From: a bacterium
GTDB lineage: Bacteria; SZUA-182; DTGQ01; JAFGSM01
DNA: 64,000 nucleotides
Assembly (NCBI GenBank): GCA_049472315.1
Contig: JBLIRN010000014.1
Coordinates: forward strand, 5,820-69,819
Direction of reading: 5' to 3'
The number at the start of each line of letters is the position of its first letter. Positions within the stretch are counted from its first letter, which is position 1. The notes beneath the pieces are model-generated. The model searched no databases. It was not told where the DNA came from and was given only the letters and a program-made list of their open reading frames with translations. The translations under genes were made by a program, and so were the position numbers. Shown one piece after another: positions 54,601 through 61,589 of the stretch.

Positions 54601-54915
54601 GAGACCATCTTCCTGGTGTACGTGCCACCCGTGGATGTCGGGTGCCAGCACGGGAAGAGCTACCTTGTGGTATACAAGCTGGGCGCATTCGGGGAATGCG
54701 GGTTTGCAAACAGTTCTCAGTTTCTCACCATCTACGCGGGTGAGGGGAAGGTCACCGGTGTGGACATCGTGGGAGACCCCAGCGCAGTGCTGGTCGGGGT
54801 GTCAGGCCTTGGGAGCGGAGAGCGAAGCAGCCTGAAGGCCGTGCCCTCCACCCCCAGCTTTGTCTCAGGGACCGTGAAGGAGCTCTATTGGAAGGAATAC
54901 ATCAATCACTACTAA
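51658..54915 (+). CDS. pilY1: PilY1-like tip adhesin (1085 aa; vWA + beta-propeller)
   Basis: Signal peptide. An N-terminal vWA domain with MIDAS IMIIMDTSGSMQWN and AVIFVTDGEPS. C-terminal PilY1 domain YSGSNDGMLHAF. Confidence 0.85.
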   Translation: MICNKNWQWMIVVCLAGVLLFASVSHAKMKPLKALEDMVVPPNIMIIMDTSGSMQWNIDGKTLTWPDGDGHVYGSHEDSRLFIAKTVVRDVLNDCRGLANFGLMSFLQTHYQRTSSVKGYFPYYKIGSAVPVYEKKFFTVNELSLEKYVVNGKPKQPANSGKPNYRPVDVFEFNGVEYLLMGGTSAKYQRKSGKKRHNAWHAYCGYQCDFADPVTGKTYTWTYQGSNYKYAKKLQDDDSIYYFTKFYGKEFIATGDEDLNNGCSGTVDPNDVFLYYHGMDGKNFKYSSVSGSWSDSDHPVGARDTYAVYRGGIVLVPISLSADKEVQCQRVDDILQWMESQDAGGLISIGATPTGSTLRNDTVVSGYYNDYKEYFLGEIDKKDTLSCRRNAVIFVTDGEPSPTEEGGYAKNAAEDLYKNYGVKVFMVGFGADTDGSTTLNEIAIKGGTEHAYYATSQEELEEALLNIIFEAAAGDYATSSPTSGSGGCTRLIGNVGLLGTAEFPSWRGHLMAYDLSKDETLWDAGELLNADHVQWNERKIYTSDSANNLVPFFDGSGAPNTVRLLSLGLGLSAGETLEIIEFIAGKTRSWRLFDITNCTPVAVGPPYTPLYPVAMPGHDIYEKTYERRRTLVYSGSNDGMLHAFDMLTGREAFAYVPPDLFPKVKELYLNRGQPVDPLEHIFGVAASPKAYDVLLEDDDYDTWRTVLICGEGPGGYNYFALDVTHPSPGDIGYDADKPFKVLWHTRDQYLRSKYEPIVGESWSTPAIGQISFKILDYKKSIYAAFMGSGYDDPTSPDAEGLTFMAIRFGEDLYDNGGLLFSQNLGAPYTIVHHGLMADAVCYEDKGLITDAYMVDTAGRVWHMDTVGKPSDWKMTQIYDASVWHPFFYSPAVLKIGEGDTACTNMVIASGTYDDPGINYEGCSFVSGLFLLHLNSGDQVVNSLSIPFTDIVMDANTGEYFPARARVNASPVIIQNESTSQYETIFLVYVPPVDVGCQHGKSYLVVYKLGAFGECGFANSSQFLTIYAGEGKVTGVDIVGDPSAVLVGVSGLGSGERSSLKAVPSTPSFVSGTVKELYWKEYINHY

Positions 54916-54927
54916 GAAAGGTCAATC

Positions 54928-56043
54928 ATGAGCGATTCATTCAACCTGGATTCAAGGGGGCATCAAAGGCGATTTATTGCACGAACAAAGGCAAAAAAGG
55001 GGACGGCCGGCCCCCGGGGACGGGGCGCCGGCTCCCCCAGCGGGCACGGACTCCTGTGGAACCTCTCCCAGGGATTCAAGCTCAGGTTCAAGATCGTGTG
55101 GATCATGCTCGCTGCGGGAGTGATTGCGGCAGGATATTTCCTGTTCCTGGGGGTATCCGAAAGGCCGCAGCAGACGCTTTCCGCAGACATGACCATCACC
55201 AGGAGTGTTCCTGCAATCAGTCGGGTGTACATCACCCCATCGGAGCCTACCGGAAGGGACTCCCTGCTCGCCAATGTGGAGATAAGGGGGAAGCAGGATA
55301 AGATCCTCTTTCGCTACCAATGGGAGCGCAACGACTTTGTGATCGAAGGGGCAACCGGAAGAACATTGAACAGCGCCCTGTTCGAACGTGGGGATATCAT
55401 TGCGGTGACAGCAGTGCCGGTCATGATGGCGGTGGAGGGGAAGCAGGTGAGGAGTGCGGAGGTGAGGATCGCCAATACCCCGCCGGCCATGCTGTCCGCC
55501 TCGATCAAACCGAAGGTCCTCTTTACCGATACGGAGGTGTACGTGGATGCCAAGGCCGAGGATAAGGACCACGATGAGATCGAGCTCATCTACCAATGGG
55601 TCAATAACGGTGTGGAGATCCATGGACAGAATGAATGCCGCCTCGACCCGGTCCACTATGCAAAGGGGGACCGCATACAGGTCAAGGTAACCCCCTTTGA
55701 CGGATTCGACCATGGCACGACACTCCTGTCAGCGGTGGTGATCGTGAACAACTCGTCCCCCCGGATCGTGTCCTATCCGCCGACCACCCTCGCGGAGCCG
55801 GGAACCTTTGTGTATGAGGTGCGCGCGGAAGACATAGATGAGGACCCCATCTTCTACTCCCTTTCCCCAAGCAGTCCTCCCGGGGTGACCATCGACAGGG
55901 AGAGCGGGCTCCTGGTGTGGAGAATCCCGCATGACGTGGAACAGGGATTGAACCGGATAGAGGTCCTCGCTCAGGACAGCGAAGGGGGTGAAACATCGCA
56001 GTGGTTTACCCTGAACCTGCAGTTCGAGGTGAGTCAGCGCTGA
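54928..56043 (+). CDS. Membrane-anchored protein with two internal beta-repeat units and a C-terminal He_PIG/cadherin-like putative Ig domain
   Basis: Basic cytoplasmic N-terminus, then one TM helix (IVWIMLAAGVIAAGYFLFLGV). Internal repeat (ILFRYQWERNDFVIEGATG...GDIIAVTAVP versus IELIYQWVNNGVEIHGQNE...GDRIQVKVTP). C-terminal motif YSLSPSSPPGVTIDRESGLLVWRIP. Confidence 0.6.
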   Translation: MSDSFNLDSRGHQRRFIARTKAKKGTAGPRGRGAGSPSGHGLLWNLSQGFKLRFKIVWIMLAAGVIAAGYFLFLGVSERPQQTLSADMTITRSVPAISRVYITPSEPTGRDSLLANVEIRGKQDKILFRYQWERNDFVIEGATGRTLNSALFERGDIIAVTAVPVMMAVEGKQVRSAEVRIANTPPAMLSASIKPKVLFTDTEVYVDAKAEDKDHDEIELIYQWVNNGVEIHGQNECRLDPVHYAKGDRIQVKVTPFDGFDHGTTLLSAVVIVNNSSPRIVSYPPTTLAEPGTFVYEVRAEDIDEDPIFYSLSPSSPPGVTIDRESGLLVWRIPHDVEQGLNRIEVLAQDSEGGETSQWFTLNLQFEVSQR

Positions 56044-56186
56044 GGCGTGGGGCACTTGACAGGGGTAGGGATTTGATATATTTTTCAATGGAATTCTTTT
56101 ATTCTCATCATCGCCCGGGTGCATTGCAGCACACCCGGGCATAATCACAGCAGGCACAAGGCCGGAAGGAAGGCAGGTGGCGTAGA

Positions 56187-57251
56187 GTGAATCCGTTCGA
56201 GAAAAAGGATCTGGTAGGGTTGGATATCGGGGCGAGCGCCATCAAGGTGGTGGAGTTGAAGAGGCTTAAGAAGGGAAAGAACTACGAATTGGTGAACCTT
56301 GCCCTCACCAAGCTACCCCCCGAGGTGATCAAGGAGGACGAGATCACGAAGCCGGAGATCGTTGCGGAGAACATCAAAAAGACCTTCCGCGACAACAAGA
56401 TAGAGAACAAGAACGTCGCCGTGTCCATTTCAGGAAGGTCGGTGATCGTCAAAAGGATCAAGTTGCCGAAGATGTCGGAAGAGGAACTGGAGGAATCCAT
56501 ACAGTGGGAGGCCGAACAGTTCATCCCCTTCGACATCAACGATGTGAGCCTGGATTTCCAGATCATGTCCGGCCTCGATGCAGCCAGCGAAAACATGGAT
56601 GTCCTGCTGGTAGCAGTCAAAAAGGATCGTATTACCGATATAGTAAATATAATAGAGCTTTCAGAACTGGTTCCAGCGGTGGTTGACATCGATTCGTTCG
56701 CCCTGGAGAACCAGTACGAGATCAATTATACGCCGGAACCGGAGAAGTACGAGGCCCTGGTGGACATTGGCGCAGAAACGATGTGCATCAATGTGATCAA
56801 GGATGGAGCCTCTGTTTTTACCAGGGATGCCTCCATCGGCATCAACCAGTTCCACAGAACGATACAGAGGGAAATGTTTCTGGATTTTGCACAGTCAGAG
56901 GCGCTCATGAATGGGGTCGAGGTCGAAGGGAGAACCAAGGACGAGATCATCCCCTACCGGGATGGATTTTACGAGGAGCTCCTTGCGGAGGTCCAGCGCT
57001 CCTTTGATTACTTCCGTGCCACGGCCGAGGAGGGAATGGTTTCCGGCATATACCTGAGCGGGGGCGGATCGTTGCTGGAAAACTTCACCGATTTCCTGAC
57101 CGAGCGCCTGGGGATCTCCGTGCAGCAGATCGACCCGTTCAGGAACGTCCAGATCAATCTCAAGAAGTTTGACCGCGAGTACATCACCTCCATCGCGCCT
57201 CTCATGGCGGTGGGGATCGGTCTCGCGTTGCGGAGGATCGGGGATCGATGA
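56187..57251 (+). CDS. pilM: Type IV pilus assembly protein PilM
   Basis: Actin-like ATPase-fold PilM (LVGLDIGASAIKVVEL; C-terminal IAPLMAVGIGLALR). GTG start. Confidence 0.9.
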   Translation: MNPFEKKDLVGLDIGASAIKVVELKRLKKGKNYELVNLALTKLPPEVIKEDEITKPEIVAENIKKTFRDNKIENKNVAVSISGRSVIVKRIKLPKMSEEELEESIQWEAEQFIPFDINDVSLDFQIMSGLDAASENMDVLLVAVKKDRITDIVNIIELSELVPAVVDIDSFALENQYEINYTPEPEKYEALVDIGAETMCINVIKDGASVFTRDASIGINQFHRTIQREMFLDFAQSEALMNGVEVEGRTKDEIIPYRDGFYEELLAEVQRSFDYFRATAEEGMVSGIYLSGGGSLLENFTDFLTERLGISVQQIDPFRNVQINLKKFDREYITSIAPLMAVGIGLALRRIGDR

Positions 57252-57835
57252 TCAGAATCAACCTCCTTCCGAGAAAAGCAAAACCATTGGTCGCCCTGTG
57301 GAGGGACGGAACGGTCCTCGGCGCCGTGATCGTTCTCCTTTTTATCGTATGGATGGTGGTGCTGGTGAGGATGAACAGCAGGCTCAACGCCACCCGACGG
57401 GAATTGCAGCGGGTGAAGAAACAGATCGAGGATTCCAAGCTCGACCTTCAGAAGGTGGAGAAGCTCAAGGAACGGAAGGCGATGCTGGAGAACAAGATCA
57501 ACATCATCCATTCCCTGAGGGAAAAACAGGCAGGACCGGTGCATATGCTCGACGACCTGAGTATTGCCATGCCAGAGCAGGTTTGGCTGGAGACCCTCAA
57601 CAACACGGGCACCACCCTCCGCATCGATGGGTATTCCCCCTCATACAATGCGGTATCGGAATTCATGCGCATGCTTGCCCAATCACCCTATTACGACAGG
57701 ATAGAGCTCGATAACATCCAGCAGTCCATCATCAAGGGGAAGAAATTCCAGAGATTCAAGATCTCCTGCCAGGTGCTTTTTACTCCCAAAATTCAGGAGG
57801 AGGCGCCGGAGGGGGCAAAGGAGCAAACGACATAA
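57248..57835 (+). CDS. pilN: Type IV pilus assembly protein PilN
   Basis: MIRINLLPRK N-terminus, a single TM helix and a coiled-coil region. Overlaps the pilM stop. Confidence 0.9.
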   Translation: MIRINLLPRKAKPLVALWRDGTVLGAVIVLLFIVWMVVLVRMNSRLNATRRELQRVKKQIEDSKLDLQKVEKLKERKAMLENKINIIHSLREKQAGPVHMLDDLSIAMPEQVWLETLNNTGTTLRIDGYSPSYNAVSEFMRMLAQSPYYDRIELDNIQQSIIKGKKFQRFKISCQVLFTPKIQEEAPEGAKEQTT

Positions 57836-58459
57836 ATGGATGCCAAAGAACTCAACAAGGTGCTGGCCACCACGCCCGTATCCAAGAAGGTCTCCGTCCT
57901 GATGCTGGTGGTCCTTGTTTTTTGTCTGATGGGCTATTACTACGTCTATAAGCCTAAAAATAACAAGATCCTTGTACTGCAGCCGGAAATACAAAAGCTC
58001 AAAAAGACCCTCCGGGAAAACCTGGAAATTACCAAGGGGATCAAGGACATCGAGGAGGAGCTAAAAAAGATCGAGGGCAGGCTCTCCCAGGCCCAGGCCC
58101 AGTTGCCGACCGACAAGGAGATACCGAATCTTCTCACCAAGATCTCCGACCTGGGAAGTGTGGTCGGGCTCGAATTCCTTCTGTTTCAGCCAAAACCGGA
58201 GGTTCCCAAAGATTTTTACAACGAAGTGCCGATAGATATCCGTATAAAGGGGAATTTTCATATGGTGGCACAGTTTTTCGATATGATCGCGCATCTTCCC
58301 CGAATCGTCAATATAAGCAACATAACCATGCGGAGTCCCACGATGGTCGGATCGCACATCGTTCTGGAGACAAGCTGCCTTGCAACGACCTTCAGGTTTA
58401 CGGCAAAGGCGACTCAACCGGCCAACCAACCAGGCAAAAAGGGGGGGAGGAAGAGATAA
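57836..58459 (+). CDS. pilO: Type IV pilus assembly protein PilO
   Basis: 207 aa with an N-terminal TM helix, coiled coil and a PilO C-terminal domain. Positioned between pilN and pilP. Confidence 0.85.
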   Translation: MDAKELNKVLATTPVSKKVSVLMLVVLVFCLMGYYYVYKPKNNKILVLQPEIQKLKKTLRENLEITKGIKDIEEELKKIEGRLSQAQAQLPTDKEIPNLLTKISDLGSVVGLEFLLFQPKPEVPKDFYNEVPIDIRIKGNFHMVAQFFDMIAHLPRIVNISNITMRSPTMVGSHIVLETSCLATTFRFTAKATQPANQPGKKGGRKR

Positions 58460-59181
58460 TGCCGGCTCAAACCGGGAAGGGCATGTATCGATGCATGCTC
58501 CTCCTTGTTATTGCGATATGCCTCCTTCTCCCTGCTTCCCGGGGTTTTTCCCAATCCCCTGCCACGGAATCGGCACCACAGCATGAGGAAGGAGTCATCG
58601 AGGGGCGGGAGGTCCAGGACGACCCAATGACAGAGATGAATAACGACAAAATCGCCGAGGGCGGCGAGGATATTCCCGCCGAACCGTATGAGTTAACAGG
58701 AGGCCAGGAAGCGGAGGGATTTCCCGGGGAAGGGGAAGACGCTGCAATGGAGGACCCGAACGGTCTCGCAATCGCAGACCCGAACAGCCCTGCCACCGCG
58801 GAATCCTCCATGGAACTCAAGGAGGATGATTACCATTACAATCCCTTTGGCCGCAGGGATCCCTTCTATTCGAAGCTTTGGGAAGATAAAAAGGAATTAC
58901 AGCCGAATAAGAAATTGATAGGTGTTCAACGCTATGACCTCAGTGAATTGAAACTGGTGGGCATAGTCTGGGGGGCACTTGGCAGGAAAGGGGTTGTAGA
59001 GACCCCCGAGGGCAAATCGTACCTCGTCAAGGACGGCACCCCCATAGGGGATGATAACGGCATGGTAAAGGCGATTACCAATCAGGAGGTGGTCATCCAG
59101 GAATTCGAAACGGATTACCTGGGGAACCGCATTGAAAAGATCACCGTCATGAAGATAGAACATAAGGAACAGGACGAATAA
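58459..59181 (+). CDS. pilP: Type IV pilus assembly lipoprotein PilP
   Basis: Signal peptide, an acidic low-complexity linker and a C-terminal PilP beta-domain (LKLVGIVWGALGRKGVVETPEGKSYLVKDGTPIGD). Confidence 0.8.
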   Translation: MPAQTGKGMYRCMLLLVIAICLLLPASRGFSQSPATESAPQHEEGVIEGREVQDDPMTEMNNDKIAEGGEDIPAEPYELTGGQEAEGFPGEGEDAAMEDPNGLAIADPNSPATAESSMELKEDDYHYNPFGRRDPFYSKLWEDKKELQPNKKLIGVQRYDLSELKLVGIVWGALGRKGVVETPEGKSYLVKDGTPIGDDNGMVKAITNQEVVIQEFETDYLGNRIEKITVMKIEHKEQDE

Positions 59182-59224
59182 ATGCCGAAGAACACGATGG
59201 AGAAAAACCGAGGAGGTATCATAC

Positions 59225-61288
59225 ATGGCGCAGAATGAATCGCATAATCTATTACGGATCGTATGCATGATCACCAGTATCTCGTTCTGCCTCCTTGCGT
59301 GCGCGCCTGCGCGCGTTCCCGTGGATACCACCTCTATGCCCTCTTCCGAAAGGATACTCATCACGGATATCGGGAGGGAAATGGACGAGCAGACAACCAC
59401 CCTCATCATTTATTCAACCCAAACGGTCAATTATACCTCATTTGCCCAGCAGGACCCTCCCTCCATCGTGATCGAGATGCCCGACACCTATGTTCATTCC
59501 AACCTGAGGCCCCTGGAGTTCACCGAGGGCCCGGTCACAAAGGTCATCCCCGAACAGGTCGTATCGGACGATTCGGTCAAGGCCCGCCTGACCCTGGAGA
59601 TGCGCAGGGGATTTCCTTATGAAATTCAAAGGGAGACGAACCAGTTGCGGATCGGCATCAAATCATACACTACCTTGACCCCCCCGGTGCAAACGGCCAA
59701 GGCAGCCGCAAAGGAAGAGGGCATTACTGAAAAAGAATCCGCAAAAGACACAACGGTCCGTAAGCTGGCGATGCCCGAGCGTACAATCCTTCGCACCATT
59801 CCCGATGAAAAGGGTGCCGCGCCGGGGGAACCGATAGAATACGTACCGACCGCTGAACCTGAAAAGAAAGAGGCAACGCCCGCGGCGATTCCGCCTTCAC
59901 GGGAAAAGGCCCTGCCATCCAGAACAGCAGCGGATACCGGCGAGCGGGATCTCCTCCTCGGAAAACGGGTGTATAGCGGCAAGCCCATATCCCTCGATTT
60001 CCAGAATGCGGACATCCGCTCCGTGCTGCGCATCATCGCCGATGTGAGCGGCCATAACCTGGTGATCGATCCCGAGGTCAAGGGAAAGGTGGATATCACC
60101 CTGGTAAAACCCGTCCCCTGGGACCAGGCCCTTGATGTGATCCTCAAGACAAACAAGCTTTCGATGAAGATGGAGGGTAATATCATCCGGGTAGGCCTTC
60201 CCCAGACCTTTACCGCAGAGAAGGAGGCGGAGCTGAGTGCGATTCAGGCCGCGCGCAAGGCCAAGGAGGAGGCAAACAAGGTGATCCCCCTGAGCACGAA
60301 GATCGTTTCCATCAACTACGCATCCGCCGAAGTGCTCATGAGCAAGCTTCAACCCATGCTCAGCAAGAGCGAAGGGCTTGCCGAGCCCCCTTCCATCATG
60401 GTGGATGAGCGCACGAACACCCTCATCATCAAGGACCTGCCTGAGGTCATCGATGAAATCCAGGGTGTCATAGCGACACTCGACCGCCCGACACCCCAGG
60501 TCATGATCGAGGCCAGGATCGTGGAGACCAACAAGAACTTTGCAAAGGACCTGGGAATCCAATGGGGAGGCACCTATTCAAAACAAACCAGCTACCGGTT
60601 CGCCAACAGCATCGAGGTGAGGGGCACCACGGGCACAGATACCGGCCTGGGCGGTCTTGGGCCAACCGGCCGTTCTGATCAATACATGGTGAATCTCCCC
60701 ATCTCCTCGGCTGCATTCGGGGCCATCGGGATCAACCTGGGGCACGTGAACGGGGCCACCGCCCTGGATATGCAGCTTAAGGCAATGGAGACGAGCGGCA
60801 AGGGACGCATCGTGTCGAACCCGCGAATCGCCACCCTGGATAACGAGCAGGCAACCATCAAGAGCGGCCACTCCATCCCCTATCAGACGACGGACTCAGA
60901 GGGGAATCCCAGTACGCAGTTTGTGGATGCTGCCATCAACCTGACGGTCACCCCTCAGATCACCCCCGACGACAATATCACCATGCAGATCCAGGCCGAC
61001 AAGAGCGAGCCTGACTGGAGCCGGACCGTTGCCGGGGCGCCCTCCATCATCACCCGTACCGCCACCACGAAGCTCATCGTGAGCGACGGGGATACCGCGG
61101 TGATCGGCGGGCTGGCCCAGGCGAACGAGCAGAGCAATCAACGAAAGGTCCCGCTGTTCGGGGATCTTCCGTTGATCGGCGTCTTGTTCAGGACCGAGGA
61201 CAAGACCGACGGCTTCGACGAGCTCCTCATCTTCATCACCCCGCGCATCATACGGGAAACACCCCTGAGCCAGGCGATGATCGAGTAG
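59225..61288 (+). CDS. pilQ: Type IV pilus secretin PilQ (with N-terminal AMIN domain)
   Basis: Lipoprotein-type signal, AMIN-like N-terminus, N0/N1 domains and a C-terminal secretin domain (GGTYSKQT...VSNPRIATLDNEQATIKSGHSIPY...LLIFITPRII). Confidence 0.9.
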   Translation: MAQNESHNLLRIVCMITSISFCLLACAPARVPVDTTSMPSSERILITDIGREMDEQTTTLIIYSTQTVNYTSFAQQDPPSIVIEMPDTYVHSNLRPLEFTEGPVTKVIPEQVVSDDSVKARLTLEMRRGFPYEIQRETNQLRIGIKSYTTLTPPVQTAKAAAKEEGITEKESAKDTTVRKLAMPERTILRTIPDEKGAAPGEPIEYVPTAEPEKKEATPAAIPPSREKALPSRTAADTGERDLLLGKRVYSGKPISLDFQNADIRSVLRIIADVSGHNLVIDPEVKGKVDITLVKPVPWDQALDVILKTNKLSMKMEGNIIRVGLPQTFTAEKEAELSAIQAARKAKEEANKVIPLSTKIVSINYASAEVLMSKLQPMLSKSEGLAEPPSIMVDERTNTLIIKDLPEVIDEIQGVIATLDRPTPQVMIEARIVETNKNFAKDLGIQWGGTYSKQTSYRFANSIEVRGTTGTDTGLGGLGPTGRSDQYMVNLPISSAAFGAIGINLGHVNGATALDMQLKAMETSGKGRIVSNPRIATLDNEQATIKSGHSIPYQTTDSEGNPSTQFVDAAINLTVTPQITPDDNITMQIQADKSEPDWSRTVAGAPSIITRTATTKLIVSDGDTAVIGGLAQANEQSNQRKVPLFGDLPLIGVLFRTEDKTDGFDELLIFITPRIIRETPLSQAMIE

Positions 61289-61589
61289 TCCATAACTGCC
61301 TTTCTGCCCGTTTCCCGACCGTACGTTCCCTTCCTCCATATTCCACTCAACAAGTCCAATTTTTTATTTGAAATTAAAGCCCTTTTGTCAAAACTTGCTG
61401 CAAAGTTTTTTTAAAAAAAGGTCGATAAATGTAAAAAAGGCAGGGAGGTATGCCCTGTTTACGATATGGTGTGTGCGGTGAGGTTAACAGAAGATTAAAA
61501 GGATGAAAAAGCAATATGTTAAAGACGATTAGTTTATATTTCACACGACAGGAGGACATGAAGAAAACAACACACGTGGGGGATCAACC

